From Actinomycetes bacterium (GTDB taxonomy: Bacteria > Actinomycetota > CALGFH01), in NCBI GenBank assembly GCA_035275125.1, contig DATENJ010000477.1, forward strand, positions 106 to 64,105: a DNA stretch of 64,000 nt, written 5' to 3'. The position numbers were made by a program, and so were the translations under genes. This document shows positions 43,186 through 52,191 of this stretch, in pieces (positions within the stretch are counted from its first letter, which is position 1; the number at the start of each line of letters is the position of its first letter). The notes below the pieces were generated by a model. That model saw only the letters and a list, made by a program, of their open reading frames with translations, was not told the origin of the DNA and did not search any database.

Positions 43186-43938
43186 CTAGCGCGAGCCCTC
43201 GCGCAGGTGGCTGACCACCGAGAAGCGCCCGCTGAGAATGTGCGCCCGCATGCGCTCCCCCGCCTCGTCCGCGTCCTGGGCCCGGATCGCCTCGAGGATC
43301 CCCTCGTGCTCGTCCATCGACTTGCAGGCACGGTCGGGGATGAGCCAGATGTCCCAGGGGAACCAGGCCCACAGCTTCTGAATCATGAAGTGCAGGTACT
43401 TCGAGGCGGAGGCGGCATAGATCGTGTGATGCCAGCGCGCGTTGAGCTCGGGGACCTCTCGCAGGTCGTTGGCATCGACTCCGCGCTTCATGGCGGCGTG
43501 GAGGCCCTCAAGGAACTGGACGTGCTCCGGGGTGAGCTTGGGCACGGCCTGCCGGGTGGCCTGCGACTCGAGCATCGAGCGGATCTCGTAGATCTCGAGT
43601 GCGTCCTCGGCCGTGAACTCGGTGACCCGCACCTCGCGATGGCTCTCCATCGACACCAGGCCCTCGGTGGCCAGGATGCGCAGCGCCTCCCTGATCGGCG
43701 TCGCGCTCACACCCAGATCCTCGATCAGCTCCGAGAACCTGAGCCGTTGCCCGCGCTTGATCCGCCCGCTCGCGATCGCTTGCCGCAACGAATCGGCCGC
43801 CAGCTCGGCCTTGGTCTTGTAGCGGTCCATCGGGCGCGCGCCGAAGCCCGACCCGAACAACCCGGCATCGGCCAGCATCTCCGGGGCGACCTGCCGCGGG
43901 ACGTTGGCACCCTGATCGGGCATCAGTCGATCGGACAT
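43186..43938 (-). CDS. GntR-family transcriptional regulator (FadR-type FCD C-terminal domain)
   Basis: GntR HTH (GQRLRFSELIEDLGVSATPIREALRILATEGLV) followed by a helical FCD domain. Confidence 0.85.
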   Translation of the reverse strand: MSDRLMPDQGANVPRQVAPEMLADAGLFGSGFGARPMDRYKTKAELAADSLRQAIASGRIKRGQRLRFSELIEDLGVSATPIREALRILATEGLVSMESHREVRVTEFTAEDALEIYEIRSMLESQATRQAVPKLTPEHVQFLEGLHAAMKRGVDANDLREVPELNARWHHTIYAASASKYLHFMIQKLWAWFPWDIWLIPDRACKSMDEHEGILEAIRAQDADEAGERMRAHILSGRFSVVSHLREGSR

Positions 43939-44081
43939 CGGTCTTGTCCCCGTTGTGATTTCGTATATGTTCGAACATAACACCGCCCCGCGGTGACGTC
44001 CACAACCTCGGGTCGAGGTCATCAGTCAGGCCAGCGCGAAGCCGGCCAGTCGGCGGGCTCCCTCGAGGGGGTCGGCGGAGC

Positions 44082-45422
44082 CTACCTGGCCAGCTCTTGG
44101 AGCAGGATCACCTGGGCCAGGATCATCGCCTCGATCTCTGCCGGGTCGACGCTCTCGTCGGAGGCGTGGATGCGGGCCTTGGCGGTGTCTTCGGCGCCCC
44201 AGAGGATGAACTCGGCGTTCCGCGCCACCGTCTGCAAGGTGTGCAGCAACGGGATCGATCCACCGGACCCGGCGTCCCCGGCCGGTGAGCCGTAGGCGGC
44301 CGCCAGCGCCTTGCGGGCGGCCGTGTAGCCCGGCCCGTCGCTCGCGGCCCGGAACGGGGCGGCGGCCTTGGTCCGTTCGACGGTGACCTGGGCACCCCAG
44401 GGCGCATGGGTCTCCAGATGCCGGACCAGCGCGTCCAGTTCCGTGTCGGGGTCGGCATCGGGCACGATCCGCATCGACAGCTTCGCCCTGGCCTCGGGGA
44501 TCAGGACGTTGGAAGAACGATCGACCGGGATCATGTCGAGGCCGATCGCGTTGATGGACGGCTTGGGCCACAGTCGCGAGCCGATCGTGCCCGTCCCGAT
44601 CACGCCCACGCCCTCGGCGAGGTCGGCCCCGGCCCGCAGGTCCTCCCTCGGAGAAGTCCAGGCCGTCCCAGTCGAAGCTGGACACGCCCTCGACGGCGAC
44701 GTTCCCTTCGGCGTCGTGCAGGGTGGCGAGCAGCCGGGCCAGCGCCATCATCGCGTCCGGGGTCGGGCCGCCGAAGATCCCAGAGTGGAGCGGGTGCTGG
44801 AGCGTCCGCACCGTGACGATGCAGGCCACGTCGCCGCGGAGGGTGGTCGTCAGGGTCGGCTCCCCGACCTTCAGGTTCCCCATGTCGGCGACGATGAACA
44901 CGTCGCACTGGAACAGGTCGGGCTGGGCCTGGACGAAGGCCTCGAGGGTGGAGTTGGTCTCCTCCATCCCCTCCACGATGAGCTTGACGTGGCACGGCGG
45001 CGACCCGTCGAAGACCTTCAGGGTCCCGGCGTGGATCACCAACCCGCTCTTGTCGTCGGAGATCCCCCGCCCGTACAACCGCCCGTCGTCCTTGCGCGTC
45101 GGGGTCCACGGATCGGACGACCAACCCTGTTCGGGAGGGGCTGGCTGGACGTCGTAATGGGCGTACAGCATCACGGTGGATGAGCCCTCGGAGCCCGGGA
45201 CCGTCGCGTAGATCGGAGGGTAGCCGTCGGGAACCGCCTGCAGCTCCGCGTTGTGGAACCCGGCGTCGCGCATGACCTCCACCGTCCTGTCGGCCATCTG
45301 GCGGACCGGTTCAGGGGGTAGCCGGGGAACGCGACCGAAGCCAGCCTGGTGAGGTCCTCGAGGTCCGCGAGCAGCTCCGGCATCATGCCCGCGACCTTCT
45401 CCCGCACGTCGTCCCGGTTCAT
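44082..45422 (-). CDS. M20-family metallopeptidase (dipeptidase / ArgE-DapE-like) with two apparent 1-nt frameshifts (near 45320 and 44650)
   Basis: Three ORF pieces (45171-45536, 44026-45297, 44082-44609) are collinear with the M20 fold (HYDVQP, GRGISDDKSG, EGMEE). A lost C in a C6 run and an extra G in GAGG(G)AGG restore the frame. Confidence 0.65.
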
Positions 45423-45484
45423 GGCTGACTCCTTCTCCTTGGCGGAATCGACACGGAGCGACGGCATCGGGGGACGCAGCGACG

Positions 45485-45919
45485 TCAGAAGAGCACTCGG
45501 GCGATCAGCAGCCCGACGAACACCACCACGACCCACGAGACCAGCATCGGGATCGTGAACGAGTGCCAGATCGGAACCTTGGACAGCCGCGTCGTCCCGT
45601 CGTGTCGATGTTCACCGCGGCGATCTGTGACCCGTTGGCCGGGAAGAGCCAGACACCGATCGATGATCCTGGAGGCGATCGACACCAGCCAGTCGATGCC
45701 GCCCGCGGCCTGCATCACCGCCGAGGCCGTGATGACCGCGAGGATGATGAAGAACGCGTCCACCGGTGGGACGCCGGGGTCAGCTCCAAAGACAAAGCTC
45801 AGCACCGCGGTGCCCGCCGCCCCCCACAGACCGAGACCGATCCCCCCGGTTCGAACCCCGAGGAAGATGGCCAGCAGGACGACCGCACCTTCCAGAACTG
45901 CCTGCCAGCCCTCGCTCAC
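45485..45919 (-). pseudogene. remnant of an anaerobic C4-dicarboxylate transporter (DcuA/DcuB family): N-terminal ~95 aa only
   Basis: AVLEGAVVLLAIFLGVRTGGIGLGLWGAAGTAVLSFVFGADPGVPPVDAFFIILAVITASAVMQAAGGIDWLV matches the DcuA N-terminus; similarity then ends and the ORF stops after 144 codons. Confidence 0.55.
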
Positions 45920-45974
45920 GGCCTCACTCCTTGGTGATGGCGTTGCGGCCTGCTCAGGATGGTGTTGGCTGGCC

Positions 45975-46021
45975 GGCGTTCGCATCCGCCAGTGGCCAGT
46001 GCGAGTGGCCAGTCGTGGCCC
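45975..46021 (+). repeat. Copy C of the ~47-bp intergenic repeat
   Basis: GGCGTTCGCATCCGCCAGTGGCCAGTGCGAGTGGCCAGTCGTGGCCC, 44/47 identical to the reverse complement of copy A. Confidence 0.7.
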
Positions 46022-46062
46022 TGTCCAGGCTCGGTAAGCTGACCCGCAACCTGGGAGGGCTC

Positions 46063-47181
46063 ATGGTGGTGCCGATGATCGGCCGTTGGCTTGCCGCGGT
46101 CGTCGGCGGCCTGCTCGTCCTGGTGGTGTGGGGCAGCGTGATCGGTACGCTGCTCGTGCCCCGCCCGGTGGGCAGCCGGCTGACCCGGTGGGTCGACCGG
46201 CTGGTGAACGGTGGGTTCGCTCTCGTGACCGCCTCCATCTCCGAGTACTGGCGGCGTGACCGGGTGCTGGTCAGGCAGGCGGCGGCCATCCTGCTCATGC
46301 AGCTGGCGGCCTGGCTGGGGGTGGCGTTCCTCGGGTACGGGCTGCTGCTGTGGCCGTTGGTCACCGGCGGCCTGGGGTCGGCGTTCATCGTCGCCGGGTC
46401 CTCCCTGTTCACCCTCGGGTTCAGGGAGCCGGGCGGGGCGCCCTCGGCGGTGGGGTTCGCCGCCGCAGGGACCGGCCTGGCGATCGTGACCCTGCAGATC
46501 GCCTACCTGCCGACGCTCTATGCGGCGTTCAACCGCAGGGAGACCGAGGTGGCGCTGCTGAACGCGCGGGCCGGGGTGCCGTCCTGGGGCCCGGAGCTGC
46601 TGGCACGCACCCACTACGCGCTGGGATCGGGCACGTCCACGCTCGATACGCTGCCCGAGCTGTATGCCCGATGGGAACGCTGGGCTGCCGACGTCGCCGA
46701 GAGCCATACCACCTACCTGCCGCTGGTGCGGTTCCGGTCACCGCGGCCGCTGTCCTCCTGGGTGACGGGGCTGCTGGCGGTGCTGGACTCCGCCGCCCTG
46801 TTCCTGGCGCTGTCTCCGAAGGCCGCCCCGGTGGTCCCGGCCCGCCTGTGTCTACGGAGCGGATTCACATGCTTCAACCAGATCGCCAGGGCGATGGGCG
46901 TTGCCGTGCCCGAGGAAGCCGACCCCAATGGTCAGATCAGCCTGAGCTACCAGGAGTTCCTCGACGCGGTCGCCCGGATGCGCGAGGTCGACTTCCCGAT
47001 CGAGCGTGCCCCCACCGAAGCATGGGCGGACTTCGTCGGCTGGCGGATCAACTACGAGCAGGCCGCCTACGCCGTTGCCGCCGCTGTCGACGCGGTCCCG
47101 GCGCTGTGGTCGGGTCCACGCCCCCACGAGGGTCCCGCCATCGCACCCATCCGCCCACCACTCGGCCGACCGCCCAAGTGA
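46063..47181 (+). CDS. hypothetical polytopic membrane protein
   Basis: 372-aa ORF with RBS GGGAGGG and several predicted TM helices; no recognised family. Confidence 0.55.
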   Translation: MVVPMIGRWLAAVVGGLLVLVVWGSVIGTLLVPRPVGSRLTRWVDRLVNGGFALVTASISEYWRRDRVLVRQAAAILLMQLAAWLGVAFLGYGLLLWPLVTGGLGSAFIVAGSSLFTLGFREPGGAPSAVGFAAAGTGLAIVTLQIAYLPTLYAAFNRRETEVALLNARAGVPSWGPELLARTHYALGSGTSTLDTLPELYARWERWAADVAESHTTYLPLVRFRSPRPLSSWVTGLLAVLDSAALFLALSPKAAPVVPARLCLRSGFTCFNQIARAMGVAVPEEADPNGQISLSYQEFLDAVARMREVDFPIERAPTEAWADFVGWRINYEQAAYAVAAAVDAVPALWSGPRPHEGPAIAPIRPPLGRPPK

Positions 47182-47203
47182 GCCGCACCGACCGCCGGCC
47201 GCC

Positions 47204-48013
47204 TCAGGCCTCGGGCCGCTCGTCTGGCGTTAAGGGAACGCGCCCTCGGTGCTGGCGCCCGGCCCAGGCGCCCAAGACCGGCCAGGGCGACCAGAACACG
47301 AGGTGGACGAGAAGGATGATCGGGTGCACCGCGTCCAGGACCGCTGCCCGGGTCGAGTCGAAGTCGACGTGGTCGCCGTCCAGGACGCTGACATCAGGGG
47401 CGAGGTGGTACCAGTGCGCCGCCTCGACACCGTAGACCACGGCCACCGCAACCAGGATCGTGAGTGCGGCCAGGATGCCTGTCTCGAGCCCGAAACGCAG
47501 CGACCGCGTGGCGCGGGCGCACACATAGGCGATCGCGAACAGCATCACCGGGGGAAGCAGCATGGTCACCGACCCGAGTCCGTCATCGCCCAGCCCGGCG
47601 CGCGAAACGCCCAGCAGGCCCGCACCGAACGCGACCGCCACAGCGGCCGCGACAGCGAACGACCTGCCCGAATGTGGCCTGCCGAGCAGCGCGACGGCGG
47701 CCCCGACGGCGAACCGTCGCCGCTCCCGCGGGACCGTGATGGTGGCGAGTTCGGCGCGCAAGGCCGTACCCCAGTCCACCTGGTCGCCGTCCGACAACGT
47801 GCGCTCGCCGGTGAGAGTCGCCGCGGCCGCTAGGAGCCGGTCGGCAATATCCCGTTCCTCCTGCCCTGTCGCACGCCGCCGGGTCCGGGTCAGGATCGAC
47901 CCCACGACGGCGACGGGCACAGCAAGCACCAGGACGGCCCCGGGCACAATCATCGACAGCGCCAGGGCGACAGCCACCGCCCCGACGATCCAGCGGGTGC
48001 GTCGCGTGGTCAT
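47204..48013 (-). CDS. hypothetical membrane protein
   Basis: 269-aa hydrophobic ORF convergent with the previous gene. Confidence 0.5.
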   Translation of the reverse strand: MTTRRTRWIVGAVAVALALSMIVPGAVLVLAVPVAVVGSILTRTRRRATGQEERDIADRLLAAAATLTGERTLSDGDQVDWGTALRAELATITVPRERRRFAVGAAVALLGRPHSGRSFAVAAAVAVAFGAGLLGVSRAGLGDDGLGSVTMLLPPVMLFAIAYVCARATRSLRFGLETGILAALTILVAVAVVYGVEAAHWYHLAPDVSVLDGDHVDFDSTRAAVLDAVHPIILLVHLVFWSPWPVLGAWAGRQHRGRVPLTPDERPEA

Positions 48014-48104
48014 CAGAACGCCTCACCGGGAGCGGGCCGGATCACGCCGCCCGACGGACGGGAACGTCTCAGATCCCATGTGACGGTTCGATGGGAGGGA
48101 GAGG

Positions 48105-49700
48105 TCATCGCTGGGCCGGGATCTCGACGCGGAGGACGGTGCCGCGACCGAGCTTGCTCGTGACCTCGAGCCGGCCCTCGAGGTCGGCGACTCGGCCTCG
48201 CATCGATCGCAGGCCGAAGTGTTCGCGCCCCACGGCGGCCGGATCGAAGCCACGGCCGTCGTCGGACACCTCGACCAGAACGGTGTCGTCGACTACTGCG
48301 ATGCGGACCGTGGCGTTGCTCGCCCGAGCATGCTTGACCACGTTGGCCAGGGCCTCCTGGCCGAGGCGGTACAGCTGCTCTTCGACCTCCGGTTCCAGTG
48401 GCAGGCGCTCACCGGGCCCGTCGACCTCGATCGCCAACCCTTCCCGGGCGCTGAGCGCCGCCGCCTGCTTGGTGAGCGCGGCGACCAGCCCCTCATCGGC
48501 GAGCGCGCCCGGCTGGAGCTCGAAGATCAGGGCGCGCATCTCGGCCAACGCGCCCCGGGTCAGCTGACCGATCTCGCTCAGCTCCTCCCCCACCGGCCCG
48601 GTGGAATCGAGCCCCTCCCGCGCGAGCGTGTGCTGCGCGGTTCGCACGTGCAGGGTCGTGGAGAACAGCGACTGCGAGACCGAGTCGTGCAGGTCGCGGG
48701 CGATACGCTGTCGTTCAAGGGCGGCGCGCTCGCCCTCGCGGCGCTGCGACTCGGCCAGCTCCAGCCCGGCGCGCCGGCGCTCGCTGACGATCGCCGCCAG
48801 GCAGCAGGTCGTGAGCGCGGCAAAGGTGATGTAGAGCTGGAGATTCAGGGCGCTGTCGGTTGGCGAGAGCTCGACGAAGAATCCCTGCTGGTGGGAGGTG
48901 GTCACCACCGCGATGACCGCCGCGATCGCGACCGCCAGCGTCGCTCCCTCCGGGCCGAGTCGCAGCGCGGCCCAGATGAACGCCGGGAACACCATGTAGG
49001 TGAGCGGCTGCTCGGCGGACAGGGCGATCACGCTCAATCCGGCCACGGCGGCCAGCATCAGGACGCCCTCAACCACCCGTCGGTCTCGCCCCACCAGCGC
49101 CCGCGGGTGCGCCCACGCCAGGGCGAGCGGGACAACCACCAACCCGCCCGCGACCCCACCCAGCCACCAGCTCCGCCAGAACACGGCCATCTCGGGCACC
49201 TCGATGACCTGGCCTGCCCACCGGACCAGGATCGCGACGGTCGCGGCGAGCGCCTCACCGACCGCGACGGCGACGAACACGGCGCCAACCTGCTCTAGCC
49301 GGTCAATCGCCGCCCGCCGGCCGACCAGCCGCTGGAGGATGACCACCGCGACAACAGCCCTGGCCACATGGCCCGCCGTGTCGGCAAGGGCGATCCCCAG
49401 CGGCTGCGAAGCGCCTGGAAGGTCCACAAGCGTGCCGAACAGGTCCCCTAGCAGGAGCGCGGGCCACCAGCGCAATCCACCCAGGTACAGCACCGCAATT
49501 CCCACGCCGGTGGCCGGCCAGAAGGCGCCTACCCCGCCCGTCAGCAGGAACGCCTCGCCACTCTGGGCAGCGACGTAGTAGCCGCCGGCGATCAGGAGCA
49601 CCCCGGCCACATACGGCACCGACCACCTGGAAACCGGGACGCCCCGCCAGGTCGGCTGCGCCGCAGGAAGCGATGCGTCGGTGTTCGTCAGGCCTCCCAT
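48105..49700 (-). CDS. sensor histidine kinase, MASE1-type membrane sensor + HisKA_3 + HATPase_c (NarX/LiaS class)
   Basis: N-terminal multi-TM MASE1-like region, then the H-box RIARDLHDSVSQSLF and the ATPase domain (LVEVSDDGRGF). Confidence 0.85.
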   Translation of the reverse strand: MGGLTNTDASLPAAQPTWRGVPVSRWSVPYVAGVLLIAGGYYVAAQSGEAFLLTGGVGAFWPATGVGIAVLYLGGLRWWPALLLGDLFGTLVDLPGASQPLGIALADTAGHVARAVVAVVILQRLVGRRAAIDRLEQVGAVFVAVAVGEALAATVAILVRWAGQVIEVPEMAVFWRSWWLGGVAGGLVVVPLALAWAHPRALVGRDRRVVEGVLMLAAVAGLSVIALSAEQPLTYMVFPAFIWAALRLGPEGATLAVAIAAVIAVVTTSHQQGFFVELSPTDSALNLQLYITFAALTTCCLAAIVSERRRAGLELAESQRREGERAALERQRIARDLHDSVSQSLFSTTLHVRTAQHTLAREGLDSTGPVGEELSEIGQLTRGALAEMRALIFELQPGALADEGLVAALTKQAAALSAREGLAIEVDGPGERLPLEPEVEEQLYRLGQEALANVVKHARASNATVRIAVVDDTVLVEVSDDGRGFDPAAVGREHFGLRSMRGRVADLEGRLEVTSKLGRGTVLRVEIPAQR

Positions 49701-49778
49701 GTCGACGCCGGACCGTTGAGGAACGGTACCGCCCTGTGCCATCCCAGTCGAACGAGGCGGCCGCGCGGAGGCGCCGGC

Positions 49779-50198
49779 TCACTCGCCTCGTGGCCAGGGA
49801 TCGAGGCGGGAGGCCGCGCGGATCATGTCGAAGAGGTCGTCCAGGTCCCGACCGTGCTTCTCCAGGAACGCGTGCGCGCCTGCCACCATCGCCTGGGGCC
49901 TCAGCTCGCCCATGCAGCTGATGGCGACCACCGGACGGTCCCGGCCTCGGAGCTCCCGGAGGACTCCCATGCCCTCCGGCAGCCGCGGCAGCAGCAGGTC
50001 CAGGACGACCACGTCAGGAAGGAGCTCCAGGTCGAGCCGCTTGGCACTCCGGGTGGACCCGGCCTCCCCGACCACGGTGAGGTCCGGTGCACACTGGATC
50101 AGGCTGCGAAGCGCCCGCCGGACCCGGGCATCGCCCTCGACGATCAAGACCCTCAGCTTGGGTGGCTTCCTCGGGTCGTCGGGCACGGTCTGCTGCAC
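49779..50198 (-). CDS. stand-alone response-regulator receiver (CheY-like) domain protein
   Basis: LRVLIVEG...VVVLDLLLP phospho-acceptor region; GTG start with GAAGGAA. Confidence 0.65.
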   Translation of the reverse strand: MQQTVPDDPRKPPKLRVLIVEGDARVRRALRSLIQCAPDLTVVGEAGSTRSAKRLDLELLPDVVVLDLLLPRLPEGMGVLRELRGRDRPVVAISCMGELRPQAMVAGAHAFLEKHGRDLDDLFDMIRAASRLDPWPRGE

Positions 50199-50326
50199 AT
50201 CGGTTCCTTCGTCACCGGCTGGCCGAGGTGCCTCCGACGGTACGGCAGTGAGCTCGCGGGAGCCTCGGACAAACGACCCACCTCCAGGGTGACGAATGTC
50301 CTCATCGGGCCGGCACTGCCAGGTGG

Positions 50327-51022
50327 CTAGGACGCCGGGGGCGCTGGCGCGATGCCCTCCCGGATCGCCAGCAAGGCGGCCTGGGTTCTGGACGCCACCC
50401 CGAGCTTGCCGAGGATGTTGCTCACATGCGTCCGGGCGGTGCGCTCGCTGATCACCAGCGAATCCGCGATCTCCTGGTTGGACAGCCCCTGGGCCACCAG
50501 GACCAGGACCTCACGCTCCCGCTCGGTCAGAGAGTCCACCGCCCGCGGCTTGGGCGCGACGAGCGACCGCGTCAGTTGCTTCGCGATCGCCGAGTTCAGA
50601 TGCACCTCGCCACGGCACGCCGCCCGGATGGCCGCGGCGACCTCGTCGGCCTCGGCGTCCTTGAGCAGGTAGCCGGCTGCACCGGCCTGGAGAGCGCCAT
50701 GGACCAGGTCGGCCTGGGTGAAGCTGGTCATCGCCACCACTTCGATCTCGGGATGGCGTTGGGTGATGGCCGCGATGGCGGTCACCCCGTCCATTCCGGG
50801 CATCAGCAGGTCCATCAGCGCCACATTCGGGGGCCGACCGGCCGCGACGAGCGCCTCGATCCCGTCCAGGGCCTGCTGCCCGTCGGCGGCCTCGCCGACC
50901 ACCTCGATGTCGTCCACCGTCTCCAGATAGGCCTGCAGGCCGCGACGGACTACGGCGTGGTCGTCAACGACGAACACCCTCACCAGTTGCTGGCCCGGGT
51001 CGTCGGCATCGGGCCGGCTCAC
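50327..51022 (-). CDS. two-component response regulator, NarL/FixJ family (REC + LuxR HTH)
   Basis: VFVVDDHAVVRRGL, MDLLMPGMDG, and the LuxR HTH LTEREREVLVLVAQGLSNQEIADSLVISERTARTHVSNILGKLG. Confidence 0.9.
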   Translation of the reverse strand: MSRPDADDPGQQLVRVFVVDDHAVVRRGLQAYLETVDDIEVVGEAADGQQALDGIEALVAAGRPPNVALMDLLMPGMDGVTAIAAITQRHPEIEVVAMTSFTQADLVHGALQAGAAGYLLKDAEADEVAAAIRAACRGEVHLNSAIAKQLTRSLVAPKPRAVDSLTEREREVLVLVAQGLSNQEIADSLVISERTARTHVSNILGKLGVASRTQAALLAIREGIAPAPPAS

Positions 51023-51207
51023 CTATCGCCTACTCCCCGAATCACGGATCGGTCCAGGTCAACTGTAGAGGGACCTAGGTCATCTGTCGCGTCGAGCTTG
51101 CGTCGCCCGACCGATGAACCCCCACCTCCCAGCTGGGATCATGCGGTTCGGCCGAAGGCGACCTTCAGCGTGGAATGCCTGTCTTGGGACTTCGGGAAGA
51201 GGCTCAG

Positions 51208-52191
51208 ATGCGCATTCAGCAGTCCAGCCACCAGGGATCTGTGGTGCTGACCCTGGCCGGCCGGCTCGACCTGGCGGCCGCTCCCCAGGTCCAGCGGGAC
51301 ATCCTCAAGCAGCTGGCCCAGCAGCCACCGGCGATCATCTGCGACCTGGCCCAGGTGGAGGCGATCGACTCGCTGTGTGCCGGGGTGTTCGCCTCGATCC
51401 GGCATCCTGCCCTGGGTTGGCCTGGCACGGCCCTGGTGCTGTGCGGCGCCCGGCCGGCGGTGGCCGACACCCTCGTCCAGCACGGGGTGATGCATCACCT
51501 GGCGATGTACCCCAGCCTGGATCAGGCGCTGGCCAATGCCCGCGCCCGACCACCACGGCTGGGGGCGCGACTGACCATGGGGCCGGTGCCGACCGCGGCC
51601 GCCGCTGGCCGGCAGTTCGTCGCGGAGGTATGCGGCCGCTGGGGGCTTCAGGTGCTGGCCGAGCCGGCGGCGCTGCTGGCCAGCGAGCTGGTCACCAACG
51701 CCGTGGTCCACGCCCACACGGCGCTGGAGCTACAGGTCGAGCTGCGCGGCTCCCGGCTGGAGGTGGCGGTGCACGACCAGGACCCGGACCTGCCGGGGTT
51801 GCTGGCCGCCAAGGACGGGACCGACCGAGGGCTGGGCCTGCAGATCGTGGACCAGGTGGCCACGACCTGGGGAGTGCGCCAGGACGAGGCTGGCGGCAAG
51901 ACCGTCTGGTGCACCCTGGACCTGCCACCGCCGCAAGCTGGCAGGGTCGGCGGCAGCCGGCAGGCCGGGATCGCCGCGCCGCTCACCGAGCGGGAGCGTG
52001 CCGTCCTGCGGCCGCTACCCACCCGGCTGTCGCACGGGGAGATCGGCCGTGAGCTGGATGTGTCGGTCAACACCGTCAGGAGCCAGGTCCAGGCCATCTA
52101 CCGCAAGTTCGAGGTCACGAGGCGAGCCGAGGCGGTCGCCCACGCACGCCATCTCCGCCTGCTCCCCGGGTCCAGACCCACCGACCCCTAG
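51208..52191 (+). CDS. fusion regulator: STAS (anti-sigma antagonist) + anti-sigma regulatory kinase (HATPase_c, RsbW-like) + LuxR-type HTH
   Basis: N-terminal STAS pattern (VVLTLAGRLDLAAAPQVQRDI...), a central RsbW-like ATPase (LVTNAVVHA, DQDPDLPG), and a C-terminal LuxR HTH (LTERERAVLRPLPTRLSHGEIGRELDVSVNTVRSQVQAIYRKF). Confidence 0.7.
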   Translation: MRIQQSSHQGSVVLTLAGRLDLAAAPQVQRDILKQLAQQPPAIICDLAQVEAIDSLCAGVFASIRHPALGWPGTALVLCGARPAVADTLVQHGVMHHLAMYPSLDQALANARARPPRLGARLTMGPVPTAAAAGRQFVAEVCGRWGLQVLAEPAALLASELVTNAVVHAHTALELQVELRGSRLEVAVHDQDPDLPGLLAAKDGTDRGLGLQIVDQVATTWGVRQDEAGGKTVWCTLDLPPPQAGRVGGSRQAGIAAPLTERERAVLRPLPTRLSHGEIGRELDVSVNTVRSQVQAIYRKFEVTRRAEAVAHARHLRLLPGSRPTDP

